A DNA stretch of 64,000 nt. Source: Candidatus Shapirobacteria bacterium. GTDB taxonomy: Bacteria; Patescibacteriota; Microgenomatia; UBA12405. A model generated the notes under the pieces. It was not told where the DNA came from, searched no databases, and was given only the letters and a program-made list of their open reading frames with translations. The stretch lies in the NCBI GenBank assembly GCA_003542615.1, contig DPKG01000014.1, forward strand, positions 8,521-72,520. The letters are read 5' to 3'. Every line of letters begins with the position of its first letter. The first letter of the stretch is position 1. Made by a program: the position numbers and the translations under genes. Of the stretch, positions 44,710 through 55,208 are shown one piece after another.

Positions 44710-47569
44710 AGTGAAAATAAATAAAATCAGTTTGTGGATATGGAGTTTGGCAGGAGTGGTAGCGATAGGTTTGTTTTTCCGGTTTTTGAATTATAATAAT
44801 CGCTGGATTTTTAATCAGGATCAGGCCAGAGATGCGATTATTGCCTGGTACGGATTGAGCAATGGAGTATGGCCGGAAATCGGGTCCCCTTCTTCGGCGG
44901 GACCATTTAATTTTGGACCTTGGTATTTTTGGATAATAATGATGATGGAGAAAATAAGTTTTGGTTGGTTATTGGGCCCGTGGGTGGGATTTACGATTTT
45001 GTCGGTAAGTACGGTAATCCCCTATTATCTGATAGGGAGAAAGATTGGAGGGTCGGGATTGGGTTTTATTATGGGGATAATCGCGGCAGTAGCAACGGGA
45101 GGAGTAGAAAATGCACCGGATATGTTAAATACAGTGATTGTTGGATGGTCAACAGCCTGGGGAATGTATTTTTTGGTGAAAATGATTGAGGATAGAATAA
45201 TATTTTGGGGAATTTTGGGGGGATTTTTTATAGGATTGTCGATGAATTTTCATTTTCAGGCGTTGGGGTTGGGGGCGCTTTTGGCAATGGCAATTTTGAT
45301 AAATAATTTTAAATTGGCAGATAAATTTAGGGTAGGGATATTGACAGGGACGGGGTGGTTTTTGAGTTTTGTACCTTTGATAATTTTTGACATAAATAAT
45401 AATTGGGTGTGGATAAAAAGTGTGATTGAGTACTATACGGAGGGGGTGAAAAAATTTTATGTACCAGTACGATGGCTGACGGAGCTGAGAGATTTTTGGC
45501 CGCAGTTGTTTGGAAAAGTAATTGCCGGAGAGGCAAATTTGGGGTATTTAATTTTAATTTTGGGATTGATAGCAGTAATTTTATCCAGGAAAAAATTATT
45601 TAAATTACCAAAGTCGTGGTGGGTAATAGTAATTTCTTTGATGATTTCGGTGTTACTGATGAGGTTTTATAAAGGAGTAAGGTCGAGAGAATATTTGATT
45701 GCATTTCATGGGTATATTATTTTTTTGACAGCTTGGGTGGTGGGAGTGATTTGGGAGTGGAAAAAATTGGCGGGAGGAATGGTATTGGGATTAATTTTGG
45801 TTTGGGCAACGATAAATAATTGGCAAGTAATTTGGAGGGAGCCGAGCCAAGCAAATGAAATGATGGAAATTAAGGCGGAATTGGATAAGAGAATTGAAGG
45901 AGGGGTGGAGATATTTCACTATATGAGTTCGGATATGGTGTCGCTACCAATATTTTATTTGTATTACCGGGAAAATAGGATTGGCGAGGGAGAGGCAGTT
46001 AGTTTTTGTGACGGCAATAAATATGATTGCCCAAGCGGAGAGATAATAAATAGAAATAATTACCGGGTGTATAGGGGCAGAGTTAATGAGGGATGGTATC
46101 GGCTGACTGACAAAAATATTTATGAAAGACTGATGGTGAATTATGGAGAAAAGCAAGCAGGTTCTTTTCAAAAACTGGTGACGATAGTTAATCCGGTAAG
46201 GAGCAGAGAATTGTGGAAGGATAAAAGTCTGGAGCCGATAAAAAATCAATACAAAATAATTTCTGAGCTGGACCTGAAAGCAACTTGGTTGATACAAAAT
46301 GATGTGCTTGATGACGAGGAACTGGTGGAAGAAATAAAAAAATTTGATAACAAACAGGAACTGGGGATATTTTTGGAGGTAAGTGAAAAGCTGGCAAAAA
46401 AGGCCAGAGTTTATTATCCGATAAACCGGCCATGGTATAGCCCGGAGGCAGTGTTTTTGTCGGGATATGAAATATCAGAAAGAAAACTGCTAATTGATAC
46501 GATGATGAAAAATTTTAAAAATGAGTTGGGCTATTACCCTAAATCGGTAGGGGCATGGTGGATAGACAGTTGGAGTCTTTTATATTTGGAAAAAAAATAT
46601 GGAATAAAAACGGCGATGATAGTGACCGATCAAAAGACAACAGATAATTACGGGGTGTGGGGGCAATGGTGGGGAGTCCCCTATTATCCGGATAAAGTGA
46701 ATATATTGGCTCCGGGAGACTTGGAAGTTTTGATATTGCAGTGGGCGTTGAGGGATCCGGTGAAGGCATATGAAGGAGAGGGACCGCGGTTTTCTAATTT
46801 TTCGATGCAGGCCAATGATTATATAAGCCAAGGATTGGATATTTTGTATTTTGAAAAACTGGCAAATATTTATTTTGATGAAAGAAACAAAATCGGCCAA
46901 ATTACGGTGGGACTGGAAACAGGAATTGAAAGTGTAGGATTTTTGGATGAATATAAAAGACAGCTGGAGTGGATCAAAAACGAGGGAGTGGTTGATGTAA
47001 GTATGTCGGAAATGGAGGAAAAATACAAAATGGCTTATGGTGGTAAAAATCCGGATGAAGTAAGAATTGATGATTGGTTGATGACTCCTGATTTTAGGGA
47101 AAATAAAAAACTAGGAGAAAAAACTGAATACATAAAAGGGATGGCGTTTGGGGATTATTTTGAAAAAGATTCCAAAACTTTTTTGAACCGAATTTACAAA
47201 AGTGAAAATCTGGTAAAGGGGTGGCGATTCCCCTATTTATGGTTGGGTATGGCAGGGATGATCGGGTTGGTAATTTTGTTAAAAATTAAAATATTTCCGA
47301 TAGCAGCGGGATGGTTGGGATTGAAAATTATGGAACATTTAAGATATTCGGTGGTGGAGGAAGAAAGAATGTTGGGAATTTTGGTGGATAATTTTAGATT
47401 TATTGGAGTTACGGATAAAATAAGATTTTTAAATGAGGATCTGTCGAATTTGGTGGCTCAAACAATGTTAAAAATTGAAATTAAAGAAATTTATTACTTA
47501 GTCTGGATTTTGGGGATAATACTGGTAAAATTGATTAGTGACGAATACCAAAAGAGAAGAAAAAATTAA
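44696..47569 (+). CDS. large polytopic membrane protein, GT-C-fold glycosyltransferase-like (ArnT/PMT-like N-domain) with large C-terminal soluble domain
   Basis: 957 aa; ~12 TM N-terminal half with 'NQDQARDA' loop motif near TM1; hydrophilic C-terminal 450 aa; terminal TM. Family tentative. Confidence 0.4.
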   Translation: MLLTEVKINKISLWIWSLAGVVAIGLFFRFLNYNNRWIFNQDQARDAIIAWYGLSNGVWPEIGSPSSAGPFNFGPWYFWIIMMMEKISFGWLLGPWVGFTILSVSTVIPYYLIGRKIGGSGLGFIMGIIAAVATGGVENAPDMLNTVIVGWSTAWGMYFLVKMIEDRIIFWGILGGFFIGLSMNFHFQALGLGALLAMAILINNFKLADKFRVGILTGTGWFLSFVPLIIFDINNNWVWIKSVIEYYTEGVKKFYVPVRWLTELRDFWPQLFGKVIAGEANLGYLILILGLIAVILSRKKLFKLPKSWWVIVISLMISVLLMRFYKGVRSREYLIAFHGYIIFLTAWVVGVIWEWKKLAGGMVLGLILVWATINNWQVIWREPSQANEMMEIKAELDKRIEGGVEIFHYMSSDMVSLPIFYLYYRENRIGEGEAVSFCDGNKYDCPSGEIINRNNYRVYRGRVNEGWYRLTDKNIYERLMVNYGEKQAGSFQKLVTIVNPVRSRELWKDKSLEPIKNQYKIISELDLKATWLIQNDVLDDEELVEEIKKFDNKQELGIFLEVSEKLAKKARVYYPINRPWYSPEAVFLSGYEISERKLLIDTMMKNFKNELGYYPKSVGAWWIDSWSLLYLEKKYGIKTAMIVTDQKTTDNYGVWGQWWGVPYYPDKVNILAPGDLEVLILQWALRDPVKAYEGEGPRFSNFSMQANDYISQGLDILYFEKLANIYFDERNKIGQITVGLETGIESVGFLDEYKRQLEWIKNEGVVDVSMSEMEEKYKMAYGGKNPDEVRIDDWLMTPDFRENKKLGEKTEYIKGMAFGDYFEKDSKTFLNRIYKSENLVKGWRFPYLWLGMAGMIGLVILLKIKIFPIAAGWLGLKIMEHLRYSVVEEERMLGILVDNFRFIGVTDKIRFLNEDLSNLVAQTMLKIEIKEIYYLVWILGIILVKLISDEYQKRRKN

Positions 47570-48071
47570 AAAGGTAATAAGTAAGCGACAGGAAGGAATA
47601 ATTGTTTTTGAAGATATTCATGATTTGCATAATGTGGCGGCGAGTTGCCGATCGGCGGACGGATTTGGTTTTCAAAAAATTTATTTGATATTTGAAAATG
47701 AGAAAAGTTTTAATCCGAAAAAGACGGGAAAAACGAGTTCCGGTTCGGCTAACAAATGGTTGGACTTTAAAATTTTTAAATCGACAAAAGAATGCCTGGA
47801 GGAATTAAAAAAAGATGGTTTTGAGATTTGGGCGACAGTGTTGGACGAAAAGGCAGTCAAAATTTCAAAGGCGGATTTTACAAAAGAGAAAATTGCGGTA
47901 ATGTTTGGTAATGAACATCGGGGTTTGTCAAAAGAAGCGATAAGGGGGACGGATAAAAAAGTTTATATACCAATGAAGGGAATGGTGCAAAGTTTTAACT
48001 TGTCGGTGTCGGCGGCAATAGTTATGTATGAAATAAACAGGCAAAGAGAAGCGGCAAGAGGAGTAAAATAG
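47538..48071 (+). CDS. SpoU/TrmH-family RNA 2'-O-methyltransferase
   Basis: 'IVFEDIHDLHNVAASCRSADGFG' and 'VMFGNEHRGLS...IPMKGMVQSFNLSVSAAIVMYE' SPOUT motifs. Confidence 0.7.
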   Translation: MTNTKREEKIKKVISKRQEGIIVFEDIHDLHNVAASCRSADGFGFQKIYLIFENEKSFNPKKTGKTSSGSANKWLDFKIFKSTKECLEELKKDGFEIWATVLDEKAVKISKADFTKEKIAVMFGNEHRGLSKEAIRGTDKKVYIPMKGMVQSFNLSVSAAIVMYEINRQREAARGVK

Positions 48072-48076
48072 GATAG

Positions 48077-49870
48077 ATGGCAAAAAAAACAATTAAAGAA
48101 AAATTGAGTTGGAACTTGGATGAGATATTGAAGGCGAAAGATTTTGAGAAATTATATAAAGAGATAGAGAAAGAAATGGGGCAAATTGAGGGGTGGGTAA
48201 AGAAATTAAAGCCAGAAATGAAGGAAGAAACTTTTCGGGGGATTATGGATTTTGAAGAGGAATTGGGTAAAAAGATTACTCGATTAGAATACATGCCATA
48301 CTTATGGGAGCAGGTGGATCAAAAAAATCAGGAGGCAAAAAAATTAAAAGGGAGGGCGGATGATTTGGGGGTGAGACTGGCCCAGAAATCGAGAGTGATA
48401 AGTCATTGGTTGATAGGAAAAGAAATGGAGGGACTAAAAAGACTGGATGATAAAAATGCCAAAAGGTTGTTTGCAACGATTCCGGATTTGGAATACGGAT
48501 TGAATTATGACAGAACGGCGGCCAAATATACCCTAAAAAAAGATGAGGAGGATATTATCAGTCATAAGGACGTCAACGGAGCCAACCAATTGATAAATTT
48601 GAGAGAAATTATTGAAACGGAATTTGAATTTGATTTGAAAATTAAAGGAAAAAAGACAAAAAAAATCAGAACTTTGTCGGAATTGTTGTCGCTGGTACAT
48701 TCGCCAAAAAAGACAGAAAGAAAAGCGGCATACAGAGCGATGTTGTTTAAATATTGGCAAAATATTGATAAGTTTTTTTTGGTATACAGCGCAATAGTTA
48801 AAGACTGGGATTACGAGGCAAAACTGCGGGGATACAAATCCCCTATAACGGTCAGGAATTTTGGGAATCATGTACCGGATGAGGCAGTGGAGACATTATT
48901 GAAAGTTTGTCGAAATAATAGGGAGATTTTTCAGAATTATTTTAAATATAAAGCCAAGAGATTGGGAATGAAAAGATTGGAGAGATGGGATATATATGCC
49001 CCGCTGGAAAAAAAGACAAAAAAAATTAATTTTGAGGAGGCAAAGGAATTGGTGTTGGAGACTTTTGAGAATTTTTTGCCAAAATTTGCTAAGTTAGCGA
49101 AAAGAATTTTTGAAGATCAGCATGTTGATTCGCATCCGAGTTCGGTAAAGCGAAGCGGAGCCTTTTGCGCGACGGTAATGCCGGAAATTAGCCCTTATAT
49201 AATGCTTAATCATGATAATCAAATGAGAGATGTATTTACGATGGCCCATGAATTGGGACACGGGATACATTCTCTTTATGCGGCACATCACAGGATGGGG
49301 AGTCAACACGCCAATTTGCCGCTTTCAGAGACAGCCTCGACATTTGGAGAGATGGTACTGTTTGAAAGAATATTTTCTGCCGAGCAGAATATAGATATAA
49401 AAAGATCGATGCTGTCGGAAAAAATGGCGGATTCTTTTGCGTCCATTCTCCGGCAAAATTATTTTGTAATTTTTGAAAAGAGAGCCCATGAAGCAATCCA
49501 AAAAGGGATTACGGCAGAGGAGTTGTCGGAAATGTGGCTTTCGACTTTGAAGGAACAGTTTGGAAATAGTGTAAAGATAGACAAAATTTTTAAATATGAA
49601 TGGTGTGTAATACCGCATATTGTCAACTCCCCTTTTTATTGTTATGCCTATAATTTTGGAGAATTGTTGTCTTTTGCTTTGTTTGCCAGATATAAAAAAG
49701 AAGGAAAAAGTTTTATTGCTAAAATTGAGAAAATATTGGCGGCGGGAGGAAGCGAGGATCCGGATAAGATTTTGAAAAAGGTGGGAGTGGATATGAGATC
49801 GGAGAAATTTTGGCAAGGAAGTTTTGAAATAATCAAGGAATGGCAAAAAGAGTTGGAGAATTTGGGATAA
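48077..49870 (+). CDS. pepF: oligoendopeptidase F (M3B)
   Basis: 597 aa; zinc motif 'HELGHGIH' plus downstream Glu; typical PepF length. Confidence 0.85.
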   Translation: MAKKTIKEKLSWNLDEILKAKDFEKLYKEIEKEMGQIEGWVKKLKPEMKEETFRGIMDFEEELGKKITRLEYMPYLWEQVDQKNQEAKKLKGRADDLGVRLAQKSRVISHWLIGKEMEGLKRLDDKNAKRLFATIPDLEYGLNYDRTAAKYTLKKDEEDIISHKDVNGANQLINLREIIETEFEFDLKIKGKKTKKIRTLSELLSLVHSPKKTERKAAYRAMLFKYWQNIDKFFLVYSAIVKDWDYEAKLRGYKSPITVRNFGNHVPDEAVETLLKVCRNNREIFQNYFKYKAKRLGMKRLERWDIYAPLEKKTKKINFEEAKELVLETFENFLPKFAKLAKRIFEDQHVDSHPSSVKRSGAFCATVMPEISPYIMLNHDNQMRDVFTMAHELGHGIHSLYAAHHRMGSQHANLPLSETASTFGEMVLFERIFSAEQNIDIKRSMLSEKMADSFASILRQNYFVIFEKRAHEAIQKGITAEELSEMWLSTLKEQFGNSVKIDKIFKYEWCVIPHIVNSPFYCYAYNFGELLSFALFARYKKEGKSFIAKIEKILAAGGSEDPDKILKKVGVDMRSEKFWQGSFEIIKEWQKELENLG

Positions 49871-51687
49871 ATATTTTGGTAAGATATGTTATGAAAAGAA
49901 TATTGGTGATGTTGGTAGCGATGGTATTTTTGGCAACGGCAAAAAATGTAAACGGGCAGAGCAGTACATATGTGATTGAGAGTTTTGAGAGCAGAATTGT
50001 TTTGAACCAGGATACGAGTCTATCGGTTGAAGAAAAAATTGAGGTAAATTTTTTGGTGGAATCACATGGAATTATTCGGGTAATCCCCTATTCTTATGTG
50101 GCAAAAGGGAAGACTTTGAACACGGAAGTGAAAATTTTGGGAGTAAAGGATGAGAATGGTAATCCGATAACTTATACGACGCAAAATTTTAAACAAAGCA
50201 AAAAAATAAAAATCGGTGATGCTGATAAAACAATCAGAGGCGAAAAAAAATATGTAATTAAATATGAGGTAAGAGATGCGGTAATGGATTATGATCAGGG
50301 GCCGGAAATTTATTGGAATGTGGCGGGGGCGGAGTGGGATGCAGCTATAGAAAAGACATCGGCAGAAGTGATTTCAGAGTGGGCGGAGATTGTAAAAATA
50401 GATTGTTTTAGCGGAATTGTAGGGACAAGTGAAAAGGATTGTAATATGAGTCAGGAAAAAACTCAGGCTACGTTTTTGGCAAATAATAGTTTAGGCCAAG
50501 GGAGGGATTTGACGGTAGTAGTGGGATTAGATAAGACAAATAAACTGGTATTTCCAAGCTCGACCGAGCGAATAGTAAAAACTATCTGGGATAATTGGGG
50601 TTATTTATTGGCAATAATGCCACTGCTGTTCATGATTTGGGCGTGGTTACGTTGGGGACGGGATAAAAGATTTAAGAGTGCTAATGTATTTTATAAACCC
50701 GAGGGAAAATCGGAAAGAAAGGTAGGATTGTTTGAAAGACCTCATTTGCCGATGGTGTATGGTCCAATAAATGGTTTAAGTCCGGTGGAGGTGGGAGTGA
50801 TGGTAGATGAAAAACTAGATATTGAGGATGTGGTGGCGGAAATTGTGGAGATGGCAAGGCTTGGATATTTCAAAATTGAGAAAATTGAAAAGAAGGGATT
50901 TTTGGGGATAAAAAGTACGGATTATGAGCTGATCAGGTCAGAGAAAGGGTTGGGGGAATTAAGAGATTATCAAAAATTCTTGGTGGAGAAATTGTTTGGG
51001 GAGAAAAAGGAAGTGAAAATTTCGGAGTTGAAAAATAAATTTTATAAACATTTGGCAGATTTGAGAAGTAAAATTTTGGATTATTTAACGATAACGCAAA
51101 AAGCGCTGACGGGAAATATTGATAAGGTCAGGGGGAAGTGGGTAGGAATTGGATTGATGGCGGGAGGATTGGCAGCGGTGGGGTTGGTGGCTAGCGGGAC
51201 GACAGAGTTTAATCCCGGCCCGTTGATATTGTTGGGAGTATTGAGTGTGCCGGTGTTGATTTTGGCTTATTACATGCCGGCTAAGACGGCCTGGGGATAT
51301 AGTTTACATAGACAGGCGGTAGGGTTGAGATGGTATTTGAAAAAAGGAAAGTGGCGGGAAGAAATTATGGAAAAGAATTTGTTTTTGGAGGAAATGCTGC
51401 CATTGGCAATTTCTTTGGGGGTGGTAGATAAATTGGCTAAAGATATGGCAGATATTGGTGTAGAACCGCCGAAATATTTTGGAAACACTACGGGTAGCGT
51501 ATTTGCCCATGATTTGGGCTTGTTTTCGAGTTCAATGAAATCGGGAATTATTAGCGCGCCTTCGGGACAGTCGAGATCGGGAGGGTGGAGTTATACGGGG
51601 AGATCGAGTTGGTCGGGAGGGTCGGGATTTTCAGGAGGAGGGAGTAGCGGCGGAGGTTTTGGAGGCGGGGGCGGAGGAAGCTGGTAA
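49840..51687 (+). CDS. DUF2207 family membrane protein
   Basis: Signal peptide, ~230 aa extracellular domain, TM helices, C-terminal Gly-rich tail 'GGGSSGGGFGGGGGGSW' characteristic of DUF2207. Confidence 0.6.
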   Translation: MAKRVGEFGINILVRYVMKRILVMLVAMVFLATAKNVNGQSSTYVIESFESRIVLNQDTSLSVEEKIEVNFLVESHGIIRVIPYSYVAKGKTLNTEVKILGVKDENGNPITYTTQNFKQSKKIKIGDADKTIRGEKKYVIKYEVRDAVMDYDQGPEIYWNVAGAEWDAAIEKTSAEVISEWAEIVKIDCFSGIVGTSEKDCNMSQEKTQATFLANNSLGQGRDLTVVVGLDKTNKLVFPSSTERIVKTIWDNWGYLLAIMPLLFMIWAWLRWGRDKRFKSANVFYKPEGKSERKVGLFERPHLPMVYGPINGLSPVEVGVMVDEKLDIEDVVAEIVEMARLGYFKIEKIEKKGFLGIKSTDYELIRSEKGLGELRDYQKFLVEKLFGEKKEVKISELKNKFYKHLADLRSKILDYLTITQKALTGNIDKVRGKWVGIGLMAGGLAAVGLVASGTTEFNPGPLILLGVLSVPVLILAYYMPAKTAWGYSLHRQAVGLRWYLKKGKWREEIMEKNLFLEEMLPLAISLGVVDKLAKDMADIGVEPPKYFGNTTGSVFAHDLGLFSSSMKSGIISAPSGQSRSGGWSYTGRSSWSGGSGFSGGGSSGGGFGGGGGGSW

Positions 51688-51753
51688 AAAACATTTTCTG
51701 TTTTCTTACATAATTGTGACTATTCAGAGGCAAAAAATGATATAATATATGGT

Positions 51754-51960
51754 ATGACTAGTATGAGTCCAGAGTTAAAATTGGCATTACGCTATGACAG
51801 GGAAAACCCAGTTGGAGTGGAAGTGGTACACGATGAGGAAGCTAATAAGTCGATTGGATTTATTGGAGTTAGGTCCGATAAAAAGATAAAAGATCAGTCT
51901 GCAGAACTATTTGTAGTAAGGGCTGGAAAGGTTCAAATTAAAGAGATAAGACTTCCCTAG
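51754..51960 (+). CDS. small hypothetical protein (68 aa)
   Basis: ORF only; low confidence. Confidence 0.25.
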   Translation: MTSMSPELKLALRYDRENPVGVEVVHDEEANKSIGFIGVRSDKKIKDQSAELFVVRAGKVQIKEIRLP

Positions 51961-51963
51961 ATT

Positions 51964-52530
51964 TTATTCCCGGCAACAATCTAGAATTTTACCGATGACA
52001 CCGCTTATTTTGCCCATGAAATCAGATTTTTCGTAGGAGATGGGGGTTTCCAAATCCCTCTCGGCTTCGCCGGAACTCAATCCCTCTAAATCTCCCTTTG
52101 ACAATGGAGACTTGAGCATGCCGAGATTGAGAGCCCAGAAAAGATTGTAAAGATCGTAAGATTTTTTGAAAAAATTGTAAGCCAGTTTGTCGTCGCCTTT
52201 GGTTTGGGCTTTGGTACCGACTTCCATAAGACGCATGGAGGCGGCGAGAAGATGTTTGGAGGTACACCAGACTTCACCTTCGTAATCTTTGATAATCATT
52301 TTTAATAATTCCTTTCTCATTTCCCGGGCTTGGTGGAGGAGACTAAAATATTTAGTCTTTCCGGTTTTGTTGCCGGTAAAAAAGAGGTGTTCTTCGATGG
52401 AAATTAAATTCATGATGGCAATGGAAAGATCTTCGTCACTGGAGAGGTCGAGAAGGTTGCCTTTTTCGGCGGACTTGATTTTGTCCATAAATTTTTGGAG
52501 ATCGATTTCAGGTTTTATTTTTTTGGCCAT
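51964..52530 (-). CDS. hypothetical protein (188 aa)
   Basis: Soluble, helical; no family recognised. Confidence 0.4.
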   Translation of the reverse strand: MAKKIKPEIDLQKFMDKIKSAEKGNLLDLSSDEDLSIAIMNLISIEEHLFFTGNKTGKTKYFSLLHQAREMRKELLKMIIKDYEGEVWCTSKHLLAASMRLMEVGTKAQTKGDDKLAYNFFKKSYDLYNLFWALNLGMLKSPLSKGDLEGLSSGEAERDLETPISYEKSDFMGKISGVIGKILDCCRE

Positions 52531-52532
52531 TT

Positions 52533-53060
52533 TTATAAATTAAAAGAAAATTTAAAAATTAAGGTAATTAATAATACCATACCTACAGGAAAAACTACCT
52601 TGGAATAGGGAAAAAGAGCTTTGTTACCGTTTTTGGTTTTGAAGTAAGAATAAAGATAGTTACCGGCAAACATGGTCAAAAGACCGATGGTTTGGCCTAG
52701 AAATATTTTATCGAAGCCTAATAATTTATTGGTAGAGACACCTAATTGATTGGTAAATTGGAAATAGAGAATGGTGGTGAGGTAAAGAAGAATTGAAAGA
52801 ATCCAGGGATTGGCGAATATTTGTAGAATTTTATTCCGGCGGACACCGGAATTAATTTTTGGGGCAAGGTAAAAGGCAATAGCGGTATTGAGGGCGGAGA
52901 TCCAGATAGAAACTAAAAGATCATCGATACCAAGTCTTTGGGCCAGGAACATTCCCCCACCGACAGTGACGATACAAACGGGACATTGAGCAGCTACGGG
53001 AGCAGTAGAAACAAATAAAAGGAAAGCAGAAATAAGAATAAAAAAGACGACAATAATCAT
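52533..53060 (-). CDS. hypothetical polytopic membrane protein (175 aa)
   Basis: 5 TM; 'CPVC' near the N-terminus. Confidence 0.4.
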   Translation of the reverse strand: MIIVVFFILISAFLLFVSTAPVAAQCPVCIVTVGGGMFLAQRLGIDDLLVSIWISALNTAIAFYLAPKINSGVRRNKILQIFANPWILSILLYLTTILYFQFTNQLGVSTNKLLGFDKIFLGQTIGLLTMFAGNYLYSYFKTKNGNKALFPYSKVVFPVGMVLLITLIFKFSFNL

Positions 53061-53174
53061 AAGATATTTTGAACTATTAGTCTAATACTACGAGTGTAGT
53101 AAGGTAAGGGGGGTGTGTCAAGAGTTAGTTTTGATAGATTGACTAATAATTTTGATTGTGGTCAGATAAGGTAA

Positions 53175-53468
53175 TTGAATTATGTAAAAGGAAGGGTGCT
53201 ATCAAAAGAAGCTGAAGAATACAAAGTAACACTTAGCGACTTAAAAAAAAGACAAATTGAATTAGGATTGGAAAAAAAACCACCAATGGAAGTAATACAA
53301 ATCGGAAACGGAATGGGAAGGGAGGGAAAACCTGAGGGGGCATTTTTGCCGGTATATCGAAAAGAAGAATGTGGAGAAAGTGGGGAAAGGATGGCCAAAA
53401 CATTGTTTAACTTGGATTCGTTGTTGGGATTTGTTCCGGAAAGATTTAGTAAAAGAATGAGAAGATAG
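53175..53468 (+). CDS. hypothetical protein (97 aa)
   Basis: ORF only. Confidence 0.3.
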   Translation: MNYVKGRVLSKEAEEYKVTLSDLKKRQIELGLEKKPPMEVIQIGNGMGREGKPEGAFLPVYRKEECGESGERMAKTLFNLDSLLGFVPERFSKRMRR

Positions 53469-53479
53469 GTGGAATTTGG

Positions 53480-53998
53480 CTATTTTTGGGGAAATTTGAG
53501 GGTGGAAAGAATTTGACGAAATTGCCTGGACCAGACGGGGTCGTAGTTTGGACCGTGGTGGACGATGATATAAATACAATTTTTTAAGTAAGGGATTTGG
53601 ACACCATCGGCGGTCTCCCCTTCCAGGGAATGGTGATAAAGCAGACCTTTTTGACCATCAACGGGGATACTTTCAATTTTGGAAAGAGAAGAGGAAGAGG
53701 TGAGATCGCCACATTGGCCGTTTATCCGGTAAATTGAATAACTTATGCCGCTAAGGACAATACGTTTTGAATTGGTTTCTTTGACTAAGTAATCGGGAGA
53801 TTTGAAGGTGTCGACCTGATCATTTTCGTAGGGATTGAAGGGGAGAAATTCAAAATCCAGAGGGTATTGAAGGGAAAAGTTTAATTCCGGATTGACGTAG
53901 GTTTGCCAATTTAAAGGGGTCGGTTTGGGGGTGGGGTCATTAAAAATAAGGTAGGTAAAGACAATGATTAGGGCAGAGGCGGCAATAATGAATTTCAC
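53480..53998 (-). CDS. secreted hypothetical protein (172 aa)
   Basis: N-terminal signal/anchor. Confidence 0.4.
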   Translation of the reverse strand: MKFIIAASALIIVFTYLIFNDPTPKPTPLNWQTYVNPELNFSLQYPLDFEFLPFNPYENDQVDTFKSPDYLVKETNSKRIVLSGISYSIYRINGQCGDLTSSSSLSKIESIPVDGQKGLLYHHSLEGETADGVQIPYLKNCIYIIVHHGPNYDPVWSRQFRQILSTLKFPQK

Positions 53999-54054
53999 AG
54001 TTAATGATGGCAGAAAGGCAGAAGTTTGGCAATATAAAGGGTGGAGGTGGTGAT

Positions 54055-54753
54055 TTAAAAACCGGGGATTTTGATTTTGATGGTGGGGATTTTGAACATG
54101 ATGAGGGTGGGAGTCGGAGTGGGAGTGGAAGTGGGCATTTTGATGATCAGATTCGGATTAATTTGAAAGACGGAAGGATTGACAAGAGAGGTGGGTTTGG
54201 GGGTGGGAGTCGGAGGGGAGGCGGTGGGATTCTGGGTGGGAGAGGCGGTGTCGTACCAGTCGTGAGGGAGAATGTCGTCTTGAACGGAGTTGGCGGTGAC
54301 CAGGACCGGGATTTTGGCGTGGGAAGGACAGGAATATTGCAGACCGCAGGTGACGAATTCAGTGTAATAGGCTTTTTGATCGTCAAGATAGGAATAAACA
54401 TAGTATTCCCCGGGGTCGAGTTCCATTTGATAGCCGACACCGTTTTTAAATTTTTGGTCTTTAATTTGAGGAGTACAAACGACATTTTGAAGATCGCTAA
54501 TTTTTTGGGCACAGACTCCAAGGCCAGGGGGGATAAATGAAGAAGGGTAAATAAGATAGCCGCTGATGGTACCCTGATCGGAGGCGGAAGTTGGAGATAT
54601 ATTGGAAGGTGTGGGGGTAACTGAGGTAGAGTTGGAGTTGTCTGAAGGAGGTTTTTTGAGTTTGATAGCAATAAGAGTGCCGGCGGAGAGAAAAAGAAAA
54701 GTTATGAGTAGGATCAGGGGAAGGGTGATGCCTTTTTGAAAAAAAGGTTTCAT
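54055..54753 (-). CDS. secreted protein with Pro/Thr-rich segments (232 aa)
   Basis: Signal peptide; 'TPTPSNISPTSAS' and 'PTPTPKPTS...TPTPTPT' tracts. Confidence 0.45.
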   Translation of the reverse strand: MKPFFQKGITLPLILLITFLFLSAGTLIAIKLKKPPSDNSNSTSVTPTPSNISPTSASDQGTISGYLIYPSSFIPPGLGVCAQKISDLQNVVCTPQIKDQKFKNGVGYQMELDPGEYYVYSYLDDQKAYYTEFVTCGLQYSCPSHAKIPVLVTANSVQDDILPHDWYDTASPTQNPTASPPTPTPKPTSLVNPSVFQINPNLIIKMPTSTPTPTPTLIMFKIPTIKIKIPGF

Positions 54754-54794
54754 TACTGTATTAAATCACTTTTTGAAAAGAAATACCAGGAAAA

Positions 54795-55208
54795 TTATTT
54801 TAGAGTTTTAAACTCTTCATAATATTGAGCAACGATTTTTTTCCATTTGATAGTTTCGTTTGGCGGTCCGATGTTGTTTTTTGAATAAACTAAAAGAATT
54901 TTTACTATTTTATTGACAGTATCTACGGCGGCAATAATACGATTACCTGAAGATTTTGGGGAAGTATGAGTACCAGCCACCGCAAAATCTAGTTTAACTA
55001 TGATGTATTGCCCACAAGGACAAATAATGTCTAATTTTGAATCAGTCGGTTTATTGTTTGGGGCATAGTTGTCACATCTTTCAAATATTGACTTGACTGC
55101 AGAAATTGTAATATCCCACTGTTTACCTTTATATTTCTTAATAAAACCTTTTATATAATGCCTCTGTGCAAAATCCTCGATTAAAACGACATATCCATCA
55201 GTAGACAT
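54795..55208 (-). CDS. candidate toxin, RelE/ParE-like C-terminal region (137 aa)
   Basis: 'GNRIIAAVDTVNKIVKILLVYSK' resembles the RelE/ParE C-terminal beta-strands 'RIIYxVDxxxxxVxILRIxHRK'. 11-nt overlap with the upstream antitoxin-like gene. Confidence 0.4.
   Translation of the reverse strand: MSTDGYVVLIEDFAQRHYIKGFIKKYKGKQWDITISAVKSIFERCDNYAPNNKPTDSKLDIICPCGQYIIVKLDFAVAGTHTSPKSSGNRIIAAVDTVNKIVKILLVYSKNNIGPPNETIKWKKIVAQYYEEFKTLK

Noticed and set aside
54004-54540. Plus-strand 178-aa Gly-rich ORF overlapping the 54055-54753 gene
   Set aside because: It is the antisense of a Pro/Thr-rich secreted protein gene (CCN/ACN codons read as GGN/NGT). Spurious.
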